The notes under the pieces: generated by a model
What the model saw: the letters and a program-made list of their open reading frames with translations, nothing else
Database searches by the model: none
Told to the model about the DNA's origin: nothing
NCBI GenBank assembly: GCA_045595825.1
Contig: JAZOBD010000047.1
Coordinates: 1,772 to 65,771 of the forward strand
Direction: 5' to 3'
Origin: Acutalibacteraceae bacterium
GTDB taxonomy: Bacteria > Bacillota > Clostridia > Oscillospirales > Acutalibacteraceae
Length of the DNA stretch: 64,000 nucleotides
In this document: positions 1 through 8,805 of the stretch, in pieces
Layout of the letters: each line of letters starts with the position of its first letter
How positions within the stretch are numbered: the stretch's first letter is position 1
Made by a program: the position numbers and the translations under genes

Positions 1-1
1 T

Positions 2-115
2 ATGACGCAGCTTCCTGACGGCAATATAGGAGTGTTGTTTGAACCTGATTTAGAGTGTCAGAATATCTGGTTTACTAAATTTTCTTTGGATTGGATAAAA
101 AACAAAGAACAGTGA
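2..115 (+). CDS. 3' end of a probable sialidase (exo-alpha-sialidase / BNR-repeat protein), truncated by window edge
   Basis: Manual translation from nt 2 gives MTQLPDGNIGVLFEPDLECQNIWFTKFSLDWIKNKEQ*, matching the typical sialidase C-terminal pattern xxLPDGxIGxLyE...I.F..f.ldW. Confidence 0.6.
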   Translation: MTQLPDGNIGVLFEPDLECQNIWFTKFSLDWIKNKEQ

Positions 116-236
116 TAACAATTAAGGGATACAGACTGAAACGGCACGGTAAAAAAGCAAAAAGAACTGCAATCTTACCGAAAGGTTTGGTTGCAGTCTT
201 TTTATGTAAACATTATATTTATCAAAGGAGAATCGT

Positions 237-1184
237 ATGAAGCACACATTAATTTCTAAAGATAAAAACCAATACGTTGCAAACCTGCATTGCCACACCA
301 CACTCTCTGACGGAAGAAAATCCCCCGAAGAAATCCGTGACGCATATAAAGCGCAGGGATACAGTATTGTTGCATTTTCAGACCACGATAATTATTTTGA
401 TCACAGCGATTTCTGCACGGATGATTTTATTGCTATAAACTCCTTTGAGGCGGACATCAGCGACAATATTGTAAGCAGCAGTCAGTTTCGCAGATGCTAT
501 CATCTTAACGCATTCAATATCAATGGTGACAAAGAGGTTACACTGCCTGCAACACCCGATTACAGAGATATGAAGGCGGTAAACGAATACATACATAAGC
601 TCAGGGATTTGGGGTTCATCGTTGCCTATAACCACCCCTACTGGTCAATGCAATGCCTCGACGATTACCGTTACCTTGAAGGTTGCAGTATTGTTGAAAT
701 ATATAATAACTCTGTTTTTATTGAGGGCGGTGATGACGGACAGGAGCAGGTTTATGATGAAATGCTCCGTAGCGGAAAACGACTGTTTTGTACTATGGCA
801 GACGATAATCATAATGAATTTCCTTTTGGCGATGTGCGTTGCGACAGTTTTGGGGGTAAAACAGTTTTTCTCTGTGATTCGCTCAGCTACGAATCTGTTA
901 TCTCCGCTATGCAGAGCGGGTCGTTTTATTGTACCCGTGAACCTAAAATTTTCGAGCTTACTTTGGAAAACGGCAAGGTTCACATTGAATGTTCACAGGC
1001 GCAACGCATAGCACTTTCAACTGCAGGCAGACGTTCAAAAGCATTGCACGCCCCTGAGGGTGAATACGTAACTCAAGCAGATTTTCAACTGGAGAATGAG
1101 GATACATACTTCCGAATTGAAGTGATAGGACCATCAGGAAAAAAGGCGAACACCAACGCATATTTTGTTGAAGATTATGAATAA
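237..1184 (+). CDS. PHP-domain metallohydrolase (CehA/McbA-like / histidinol-phosphatase-like)
   Basis: NLHCHTTLSDG, FSDHD, YNHPYWS and ADDNH metal motifs; aaggag RBS. Confidence 0.8.
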   Translation: MKHTLISKDKNQYVANLHCHTTLSDGRKSPEEIRDAYKAQGYSIVAFSDHDNYFDHSDFCTDDFIAINSFEADISDNIVSSSQFRRCYHLNAFNINGDKEVTLPATPDYRDMKAVNEYIHKLRDLGFIVAYNHPYWSMQCLDDYRYLEGCSIVEIYNNSVFIEGGDDGQEQVYDEMLRSGKRLFCTMADDNHNEFPFGDVRCDSFGGKTVFLCDSLSYESVISAMQSGSFYCTREPKIFELTLENGKVHIECSQAQRIALSTAGRRSKALHAPEGEYVTQADFQLENEDTYFRIEVIGPSGKKANTNAYFVEDYE

Positions 1185-1460
1185 TTAAAACGAACACCTC
1201 TTGCCAAAAGGCAGGATTACAGCCCTTCTATAATAGATCATTCGTCTGCTAAATGCAGAAAATATTTATGCAAAGTATTTTATCAGGTAAAGCATCAACA
1301 TATGCACGGGGTAAAAAGCATAGAAACCGTACTGCATTTTTTTGTTCGAGCGACCTTTTCTGCCGCCGTAAAGCCAAATGGGATTTTTATCAATGGGCTG
1401 TTGGTCGGGAGCTTGGTTTTTACATTCTCCTTCATTTACATCTCTCTTTTTTACATTGTA

Positions 1461-1754
1461 TCACAGAATACGAAAGGCGACAACTATTTTCAAAAGAAGA
1501 CGAATCAATTTTACACATCTAATTTCAGGAACAGCGACAGCATCAATTCTTTCAAAAAGCTTTGAAAGTGAAATATTTAATGCGGATGAAATTTTCTCAA
1601 TGCTTTCAGGTGTTGCATTCTTTTCGCCACGCTCTATCTGACCAATATATGTCGGATGACAGCCGGAAAGCTCAGCGAGCTTTTCTTGACTGATACCAAG
1701 CTGATTTCTGTAATTACGAATTCTTTGACCTACTGATTTTGCAATATCGCTCAT
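1461..1754 (-). CDS. XRE/Cro-family HTH transcriptional regulator (C-protein-like)
   Basis: MSDIAKSVGQRIRNYRNQLGISQEKLAELSGCHPTYIGQIERGEKN HTH_3 signature; start moved to ATG 1754 on aagga RBS spacing; C-terminus looks atypical. Confidence 0.8.
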   Translation of the reverse strand: MSDIAKSVGQRIRNYRNQLGISQEKLAELSGCHPTYIGQIERGEKNATPESIEKISSALNISLSKLFERIDAVAVPEIRCVKLIRLLLKIVVAFRIL

Positions 1755-2081
1755 ATTTACCACAATCCTTAGTTAACTTTCGCATATAGTCTATGAGTAT
1801 CAAAACAATCATTCCACAGACTATTGATATCATTTGCACTTGGCGATATACTATAGGTATCGTTGCGCTAAAATTTGTGTCTATAGTATTTATTACGAAC
1901 TTTGAGAATCTTTTTAATCTTAAATGACCGCTATGCACATACAATATGTTTATATGGGCTGCGCGTTTGTATTAACGCCCCGCTCGGATGCTCCTTAAGC
2001 GGAGATGCTTTTGATAGCGAGGTCATTAAAATAGCTCGACGAACATTAAAGTCCGTCGGGCGTTTTTATTAGGGAGCGCTT

Positions 2082-2264
2082 ATGAAAGAAAAAACCGTAA
2101 CATTCTTCGGTCACAGAGACACACCAAAAGAAACAGAGTCAACCTTACAGCTGACTCTGATAGACTTGATTGAAAATAAAAATGCAACTATGTTTTACGT
2201 TGGCAATCACGGCAATTTTGATGCTATGGTAGCGTTTGCTCAATGTTCGCGATACGTTGTGTAA
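2082..2264 (+). pseudogene. Truncated SLOG/DUF1273-like protein
   Basis: TFFGHRDTP and FYVGNHGNFD motifs, good gggag RBS, but stops after 60 aa, well short of a full Rossmannoid fold. Confidence 0.55.
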
Positions 2265-2329
2265 GTTCACCAAAAAAATTTATTATGTATCATTAATAAT
2301 CTACCGCCAGAGGTTTACAGATAGGTTAT

Positions 2330-2815
2330 GTGTTGTTGTTCATACCTATCCTTTTATCAAATAGTGATTATGCTCGCTATAAATTTGTAATTTCCTTTAC
2401 ACTCGCTTTTGTATTAACTGTTCTGTTGTTGCTGAACATCCGCATCTGGCGGCCTGTTCAGTTGGGGAATGCAATCCTTATGACAGTCTATGGCTTTGCA
2501 CCCCTGATTCTTTCCGCGGTAATATGCGTTTTTCTTCTTGATGCGTTTCTAAAGGCTGGAATTTGCACAGCTTTAAGTGCAGTAGCGTTTTATTGCGTAA
2601 ATTATGTGCTGACAGTCTTGTTTGGCTCCGCCGAAAATCACTATCAAGTGGATTTCCGCAACTGGGAGCAGTGTCTGAACGGAAATGTTCAATTAATTAT
2701 ATTGTTATCACTCTTGCTTGTAAGTGCCGCTTTTCTCGGCCTTGGTTTTTTAGAATTCGTAAAAGTAAAAACAGATAAATTCCGGTTCGTCAAGTTACTG
2801 CTGATTTGGTTGTAA
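2330..2815 (+). CDS. Multi-pass membrane protein, possibly N-terminally truncated
   Basis: 161 aa with about 5 hydrophobic segments; no clear RBS; in-frame stop at 2297. Confidence 0.5.
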   Translation: MLLFIPILLSNSDYARYKFVISFTLAFVLTVLLLLNIRIWRPVQLGNAILMTVYGFAPLILSAVICVFLLDAFLKAGICTALSAVAFYCVNYVLTVLFGSAENHYQVDFRNWEQCLNGNVQLIILLSLLLVSAAFLGLGFLEFVKVKTDKFRFVKLLLIWL

Positions 2816-2820
2816 CACTA

Positions 2821-2860
2821 AAAAGCGCAACAGTCTTCAACTAAAGACTGTTGCGCTTTT
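2821..2860. terminator. Bidirectional intrinsic terminator
   Basis: Perfect 17-bp inverted repeat aaaagcgcaacagtctt / aagactgttgcgctttt. Confidence 0.85.
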
Positions 2861-2897
2861 TATATTTTATTGATGAATAAAAGATTTTACAAAAATA

Positions 2898-2926
2898 TTG
2901 ACTTTACCGTGCTAATGTGGTAGATT
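2898..2926 (+). promoter_or_regulatory. SigA-type promoter of the amino acid ABC operon
   Basis: TTGACT-17 nt-TAGATT with extended TG. Confidence 0.6.
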
Positions 2927-2990
2927 ATAACTGCATTAAAAAGGGGATTGATGTCCCGAAAAAACAGTTGAAAAAACGGAGGAAAAAACC

Positions 2991-3794
2991 ATGAAGAAAA
3001 AGATTTTAGCTCTTGTTCTCGCTCTTGTTATTGCAGCCCTCACATTCGGCCTTGCCGCTTGTGACAAAGAAGGCGCAGAAAAAGAAACAATCGTTGTCGG
3101 CTACACAATTTATGAGCCCATGAACTATCTTGATGAAAGCGGCAAGCTTGTCGGCTTTGATACCGAGCTTGCAGAGGCTGTTTTTGCTAACCTCGGCTAC
3201 GATGTTATCTTCCAGGAAATCGAGTGGAGCAGCAAGTACACTGACCTTGATTCCGGCACAATTGACTGTGTTTGGAACGGTTTCACAGCCAACACAGCTG
3301 ATGATGACGGCATTCTCCGCTCAGAGAAAGTTGACTTCTCATACAATTACATGGAAAACCGCCAGGTAGTTGTTGTCAAGGCTGACTCAGGCATTGCAAC
3401 CGCTGCTGACCTTAACGGCAAATTCGGCGTTGCTGAAAGCGGCTCCGCAGGCGAAGCTTATGCAAAGGGCTTTGAAGGTACATCTTTCAAGGGCTTCATC
3501 AAGCAGACAGAATGCCTTACAGAAATTGATGCGGGCACAGCTGATTTCGCTGTTGTTGACGCACAGCTTGCAAAGAGCTATGTCGGCAAGGGCGACTATG
3601 CAAACCTTGCAATTGTTGAAGAACTTTCAAGTGATGTTGAATACTACGCAATCGGCTTTAAGAAGGGCAGTGAACTCACAGCTAACGTCAACGCACAGCT
3701 CGAGGCTCTTGCAGCTGACGGCACAATCGCAACTCTTGCTGAAAAATACGGTGTTTCAAACACAGCCATCACAGATTTCTCTGACCAGAAATAA
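2991..3794 (+). CDS. Polar amino acid ABC transporter substrate-binding lipoprotein
   Basis: Lipobox FGLAAC; GYTIYEPMNY, GFDTELA, LDSGTIDCVWNG SBP_bac_3 motifs. Confidence 0.92.
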   Translation: MKKKILALVLALVIAALTFGLAACDKEGAEKETIVVGYTIYEPMNYLDESGKLVGFDTELAEAVFANLGYDVIFQEIEWSSKYTDLDSGTIDCVWNGFTANTADDDGILRSEKVDFSYNYMENRQVVVVKADSGIATAADLNGKFGVAESGSAGEAYAKGFEGTSFKGFIKQTECLTEIDAGTADFAVVDAQLAKSYVGKGDYANLAIVEELSSDVEYYAIGFKKGSELTANVNAQLEALAADGTIATLAEKYGVSNTAITDFSDQK

Positions 3795-3824
3795 TTTTTA
3801 AAGATATTAAATTGGAGCTTTAAT

Positions 3825-4520
3825 ATGTCCTTTTTAGAAGTCACGGCTTTTTTGTTCGACGGCTTTAAAATATCTTTGCTTATCTTTGCGGTGACACTGC
3901 TTTGCGGTGCACCGCTTGGTTTGCCTATAGCCTTTTGTTCGATGAGCCGGTTTAAAACAGTCAAATCAATCTCAAAGGTGATTGTGTGGATTGTCAGAGG
4001 TATTCCTCTGATGCTTCAGATTTTCATTATTTATTACGTGCCCGGTCTGCTTTTCAACTATCAGCTTTTCGGCAAGATTGACCGATTCATGTTCATTGAA
4101 TACGGTATTTCCGATGCAGGCAGAATAACTGCTGTTCTTATTGCTTTCACAATCAATTACGCTTGTTATTTCTCCGAGATTTACAGAGGCGGTATTGAAA
4201 GCATTTCAAAGGGTCAGTATGAGGCGGGTTATGTGCTTGGCCTGACAAAATCGCAGATTTTCAGAAGAATCATTTTAAAGCAGGTTATTCAGCGTATTGT
4301 TCCGCCCATGTCGAATGAGATTATCACACTCATCAAGGATACCGCCCTTGCAAACTGCATTATGGTTTGTGAAATTATCAAGAATGCAAAGGAACTTGCG
4401 GCAACAAAGGCTTTGATCTGGCCTTTGTTCTTCACGGGCGTGTTCTACCTTGTGTTTGTCGGTATTCTGACGATTGTTCTCAACAAGACAGAAAAGAAGC
4501 TGAGCTATTTCGGGAGTTAA
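3825..4520 (+). CDS. Polar amino acid ABC transporter permease
   Basis: IVRGIPLMLQ and EIYRGGIESISKGQYEAG EAA loop; multiple TM segments. Confidence 0.92.
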   Translation: MSFLEVTAFLFDGFKISLLIFAVTLLCGAPLGLPIAFCSMSRFKTVKSISKVIVWIVRGIPLMLQIFIIYYVPGLLFNYQLFGKIDRFMFIEYGISDAGRITAVLIAFTINYACYFSEIYRGGIESISKGQYEAGYVLGLTKSQIFRRIILKQVIQRIVPPMSNEIITLIKDTALANCIMVCEIIKNAKELAATKALIWPLFFTGVFYLVFVGILTIVLNKTEKKLSYFGS

Positions 4521-4523
4521 ATT

Positions 4524-5309
4524 ATGCCTATATTAGAAGTAAGTAACATAAAAAAGAACTTCGGCAAAACCGAGGTTCTTAAAGACATAAGCTTTACACT
4601 CGAAAAGGGTGAAGTTCTTGCCATCATCGGTTCTTCGGGCAGCGGTAAAACAACGCTTCTGCGTTGCCTCAATTTCCTTGAAACCGCCGATAAGGGAAAA
4701 ATTGTTGTCAGCGGTGAAACCGTTTTTGACAGTGAGTCAGGTGTTAAGGAAAGTGCTGCTGAAAGATATGAAAAACAGAAAAAAATCGGTCTTGTTTTTC
4801 AGTCGTTTAACCTTTTTCCGCAGTATAACGTGCTTGAAAACGTAACGCTTGCACCGAAGCTGCACGCGAAAAAGCGACCCGATTATAAGCACAACAAAAA
4901 GCAGATTATTGCCGAAATTGAAAAGAAAGCTCTTGAAATTCTTGCCGATGTCGGTCTTTCCGACAAGGTTGAAAATTATCCCTGCCAGCTTTCCGGCGGT
5001 CAGCAGCAGCGTGTCAGCATTGCACGTGCGCTTGCGCTTAATCCCGAGATTCTTTTCTTTGACGAGCCTACCTCTGCTCTTGACCCCGAGCTTACGGGCG
5101 AGATTCTCAAAGTTATACGTGACCTTGCGGCAACAAAAATGACAATGGTTATTGTAACGCACGAAATGAAATTTGCACGTGACGTTGCTGACAAAATCAT
5201 TTTTATGGATGCAGGTATAATTGAAGAATCAGGCACACCCGAAGAGGTGTTTGACTTCACAAAATCCGAGCGTACAAAGGCTTTCATCGGTAAAATTGAA
5301 AGTAAATAA
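4524..5309 (+). CDS. Polar amino acid ABC transporter ATP-binding protein (GlnQ-like)
   Basis: GSSGSGKT Walker A, LSGGQQQRV signature, FDEPTSALDPE. Confidence 0.95.
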   Translation: MPILEVSNIKKNFGKTEVLKDISFTLEKGEVLAIIGSSGSGKTTLLRCLNFLETADKGKIVVSGETVFDSESGVKESAAERYEKQKKIGLVFQSFNLFPQYNVLENVTLAPKLHAKKRPDYKHNKKQIIAEIEKKALEILADVGLSDKVENYPCQLSGGQQQRVSIARALALNPEILFFDEPTSALDPELTGEILKVIRDLAATKMTMVIVTHEMKFARDVADKIIFMDAGIIEESGTPEEVFDFTKSERTKAFIGKIESK

Positions 5310-5322
5310 ATCAGTGTTATCG

Positions 5323-5344
5323 GCGCAGGAGAAAACTCCTGCGC
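5323..5344 (+). terminator. GC-rich hairpin after the ABC operon (possible weak terminator)
   Basis: gcgcaggag-aaaa-ctcctgcgc followed by a short T run. Confidence 0.5.
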
Positions 5345-5367
5345 TTTGATATTCGGAGAGGTTTTTA

Positions 5368-6210
5368 ATGAAATATCTTATACTCAATGCTGATGATTTC
5401 GGTTACAATCCGCAGCAGACGAAGGCGATAACCGAGCTTTATGAAAAAGGACTGATAACATCAACCTCGCTTATGACGGTCGCCGAAGATGCGTGTAATG
5501 CGGCGGAAATTGCCCGTGAAAAATCCTTCGCTGTCGGTGTGCACCTGACTGTCAACTCGGACAGTGCTTCAAATCCGTGGCAAAGCATAAGCGGTGCAAA
5601 ATCGCTGGGCACCGATGGACTTTACGAGTCGCAAAAAGACCTTGCCATTCACGCAACACGTGCGGATATCAGAAAAGAACTTGAAGCGCAATATGCTTTT
5701 CTTATTGCAAGCGGATGTACCGTTGACCACGCAGACAATCATTGCGGCACGCTTTACGGTATAAACGGAAGACGCTTTTTCATTGATGCATTTGATTTTT
5801 GCGCAAGGCACGGCTTGCCTTACAGATTTCCGAAAACGCCTTATTTTCTTGAACGTCAGCTTGGCAGAAAAATACCTCATGCCGTCGTTTTGCTTCAAAA
5901 AGCAATTGTTGGTTGCGGCGAAAAAAGGGGAGTAAAAATGCCGGATGACATTGTGCCGGACCCGCGCCCGATTGAGCAAATCGGCAGTTATGAAAACCTG
6001 AGAGAATATTACCTTGATGCGGTCAGAAGCTGTATTGAGGGTGTGACGGAAATGTTTTTTCATCCCGCTTACCCTCAGGATGACACTTTTGGCGGTTGGA
6101 CAAAGCGTGTTTATGAGTTTGAACTTCTGAAAAGCGGAGATATACTTGAGTGTGCCGCTGACAACGGTATTAAGGTTGTTTCCTGGTCAATTTTTGAAAA
6201 TATAGTGTAA
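5368..6210 (+). CDS. ChbG/HpnK (YdjC) family carbohydrate deacetylase
   Basis: LILNADDFG, GVHLT, DHADNHC and EMFFHP motifs. Confidence 0.85.
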   Translation: MKYLILNADDFGYNPQQTKAITELYEKGLITSTSLMTVAEDACNAAEIAREKSFAVGVHLTVNSDSASNPWQSISGAKSLGTDGLYESQKDLAIHATRADIRKELEAQYAFLIASGCTVDHADNHCGTLYGINGRRFFIDAFDFCARHGLPYRFPKTPYFLERQLGRKIPHAVVLLQKAIVGCGEKRGVKMPDDIVPDPRPIEQIGSYENLREYYLDAVRSCIEGVTEMFFHPAYPQDDTFGGWTKRVYEFELLKSGDILECAADNGIKVVSWSIFENIV

Positions 6211-6270
6211 AAAAGAAATTTCTGCACAAAATCTACGTGTTTTTTGCGGGAATTTTTTCTTTTTGTAATA

Positions 6271-6299
6271 TTGAATTGTTTTACTGTGCGTAGTATAAT
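6271..6299 (+). promoter_or_regulatory. SigA-type promoter of the S8 peptidase gene
   Basis: TTGAAT-17 nt-TATAAT. Confidence 0.65.
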
Positions 6300-6320
6300 G
6301 ATAATGGAGGAGGTGTAGCA

Positions 6321-8243
6321 GTGGAATTATTCAGAAAAATATCAGCTGTTTTTCTTGCTGTGTCGCTTTTGGCGGCAATGGCAGGCTCTTCCTTTGTCTC
6401 TGCGGCTGTTGACCCCAGATACGGCAACGAAAAATTCGGCACAAAATCCGCTCAGCTTGTCATTGAATATGATGAGTCTGAAAACACCCCTGCTGACAGC
6501 ACCGATTCTCCTTTGCGCCTTATCGGCAAAACCGTAAACTATGGCTTTGATTTGTCTTTGTACGGTGCCTGTGAATATATCAGATGCACAGACAACCGCT
6601 TTTTAATGCAGTTTGACAACATCAGTGCTTTTGAGGCGGCTTACAGTGCGCTTGATTCAGACCCTGATGTTGTATATGTTGACCGCGACTGTTACGTTGA
6701 ATCTTCGGCAATTTCAACCGTTATTGATGATTATCTTTCGTGGGGCACTACGGCAATCGGTGCCGATTTGTACTCACAGCATGTCGGCCGTGAAGCAGGT
6801 GACGGCGACGGCGTTGTTGTGGCTGTTATTGACTCGGGTGTTGCAGACATTGATTTCCTTGACGGCAGAGTTGTCGGCGGTTACGATTTCGTTGACAATG
6901 ATGCGGATGCCTCTGATGACGTCAACGCAAAAAGTCACGGCACACATATGTCAAGCATCATTGTTGACACTGCGCGCGATGTGCCCGTTTATATAATGCC
7001 CGTCAAGGTTATCGGCGAAAGCGACGGCGCGCTTGTTGACGTTATAAACGGAATTTATTACGCCGTTGACAACGGTGCGGATATTCTCAACATCAGCCTC
7101 GGCTACGATCAGGAGGATTGTGAGGCTTTTCACGACGCACTTGCTTATGCCTATTCAAAAGGTGTTACCTGCTGTGTTTCCGCAGGTAATGACGGCATTG
7201 ACTGTTCAGATTATTGCCCTGCTCACATCGAAAGCGCAATAACGGTTTCTGCCATTGATACAATAAATCTTTTCGGTGCCGGCCACTCAAATTTCGGCGC
7301 TTGTATTGATATTGCAATGCCCGGTATCGCCATTGCGGGATACAACGCACAGGGCAAGAGAATTACGGGCAGCGGCACCTCGATGGCGGCGGCTTTTGCT
7401 TCTGCCTCAGCGGCTCTGATAAAGCTTGCAAACCCCGGTTTCACACCCGATGACATCCGTCAGGCTCTCATTGACTGTGCCAAGGATCTGGGTGCTGAGG
7501 GCTTTGATAATTACTATGGCTACGGTCTGCCTCAGCTTTCGGCGTTGATGCCTGCGGTGGAGGGTATATCCCTTGATGTGACTGAGGTTCACCTTTCTGT
7601 CGGCGAAACCTTTACACCCACGGTTACGTTTATTCCTGCCAATGCAGGCAATCAGAACGTTATCTGGATTCCCGGCAAAAACGACGTTGTTCAGGTTGAC
7701 TCCGACGGAACTATCACAGCCGTTTCCGCAGGCGAAATGACAATGCTTGCAAGAACTGTTGAGGGCGGATTTATCGCAAGGTATTACATCACCGTAACGG
7801 GTGAAAATCCCGTTGCGCTTATCATGGATGATGAGTTCATCGATGAGCCGACAACTGAAGAAAAAACAACGGAAACTACAACCGGGCCGAAGCTTATAAA
7901 AGTTGACCCTGCGGCAAAGGCTGTAAGACTCACCCTTTCTCAGACGAAGCTTGCATACGGCGAAACCGCAAAAGTCAAAATCAGCGGTCTGCCTGCCGGC
8001 TATTATGCCAGATGCGTTTCCTCTGACTCAAGCGTTGCAATAATCAACGGCAACGGCCTTGTTGAGGCTGTCGGAATGGGTAAATCCGTTATAAAGGCAA
8101 CGATTGTTGACCCCGACGGATATGTCTGTGTTGATGAAAATGAAGAGCCGATTGTTGCAAAAGCCACTGTCAGATGTACGCTTACTTTCGGTCAGTTCCT
8201 CAAACAAGTTTTAAGTAAATTGTTTAATCTTAAATTCAAATAA
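6321..8243 (+). CDS. Secreted S8 subtilisin-family serine peptidase with two Ig-like (Big_2) domains
   Basis: Signal peptide; catalytic triad motifs VAVIDSG, HGTHM, SGTSMAA; C-terminal Big_2-like segments; GTG start with ggagg RBS. Confidence 0.9.
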   Translation: MELFRKISAVFLAVSLLAAMAGSSFVSAAVDPRYGNEKFGTKSAQLVIEYDESENTPADSTDSPLRLIGKTVNYGFDLSLYGACEYIRCTDNRFLMQFDNISAFEAAYSALDSDPDVVYVDRDCYVESSAISTVIDDYLSWGTTAIGADLYSQHVGREAGDGDGVVVAVIDSGVADIDFLDGRVVGGYDFVDNDADASDDVNAKSHGTHMSSIIVDTARDVPVYIMPVKVIGESDGALVDVINGIYYAVDNGADILNISLGYDQEDCEAFHDALAYAYSKGVTCCVSAGNDGIDCSDYCPAHIESAITVSAIDTINLFGAGHSNFGACIDIAMPGIAIAGYNAQGKRITGSGTSMAAAFASASAALIKLANPGFTPDDIRQALIDCAKDLGAEGFDNYYGYGLPQLSALMPAVEGISLDVTEVHLSVGETFTPTVTFIPANAGNQNVIWIPGKNDVVQVDSDGTITAVSAGEMTMLARTVEGGFIARYYITVTGENPVALIMDDEFIDEPTTEEKTTETTTGPKLIKVDPAAKAVRLTLSQTKLAYGETAKVKISGLPAGYYARCVSSDSSVAIINGNGLVEAVGMGKSVIKATIVDPDGYVCVDENEEPIVAKATVRCTLTFGQFLKQVLSKLFNLKFK

Positions 8244-8272
8244 AAAATGCACCCGTAGAGGGTGCATTTTTT
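8242..8272. terminator. Bidirectional intrinsic terminator
   Basis: aaaaaatgcaccc-gtaga-gggtgcatttttt between convergent genes. Confidence 0.85.
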
Positions 8273-8273
8273 G

Positions 8274-8711
8274 TTACAGATAAGGCTTCATCTTTTCAAC
8301 AAGATCTTCTTCGATTCTGATTATGTCATCAACGATTTTTTTGACATCTGGGTCTGCGTCGGAATATTCATTAAGGTACTTGTTGATGGATTTGATTCCC
8401 ATGCCGCAACCGTCGGTGATAAGGCTTGCTGCCTGCGCCTCATTTGGTTTAACTGTCATCTCGGCGTTGATTTTGATTTTTGACATTCCCTTTGCCATGA
8501 TGTTCGGTTCTTTCCCGTTTGCGTTGATTTTTTTCAGGGCTTCGTCAACGTCTTTTTCAATCGCCTTGTGTTCTGCTCTGTTCGCTGTCAGGATTTTTTT
8601 GAATTTTTCATCTGCAACGTAGGGCATCACGTCGTCAATTGAGGTGACTGCCGTTTTGATTCCCGCACTGCATTCTCTCAGCAGGTGCAGGGTGTCTGCA
8701 CTGTTTTTCAT
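8274..8711 (-). CDS. Conserved ferritin-like (DUF2383-like) four-helix protein
   Basis: All-helical 145 aa with LLRECSAGIK and ITDGCGMGIKS motifs; ggagg RBS before ATG 8711. Confidence 0.6.
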   Translation of the reverse strand: MKNSADTLHLLRECSAGIKTAVTSIDDVMPYVADEKFKKILTANRAEHKAIEKDVDEALKKINANGKEPNIMAKGMSKIKINAEMTVKPNEAQAASLITDGCGMGIKSINKYLNEYSDADPDVKKIVDDIIRIEEDLVEKMKPYL

Positions 8712-8770
8712 AACAATTCCTCCCGTCAATAAAAGTATTGCCGGAAAACTGTTGTTTATAAGTAAAAATT

Positions 8771-8802
8771 AAAGGCGTAACGAATTCTCGCTACGCCTTT
8801 TT
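8771..8802. terminator. Intrinsic terminator downstream of the acyl-CoA synthetase gene
   Basis: aaaggcgta...tacgccttt imperfect stem flanked by A/T tracts. Confidence 0.6.
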
Positions 8803-8805
8803 GCT

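Noticed and set aside
1461-1560. Frameshift in the XRE C-terminus
   Set aside because: No alternative frame gave a convincing continuation by eye; it needs homologue alignment.
1253-1641. Overlapping plus-strand ORFs of 87-89 aa
   Set aside because: No RBS or recognisable motif and partly antisense to the XRE gene; could be remnant fragments but unsupported.
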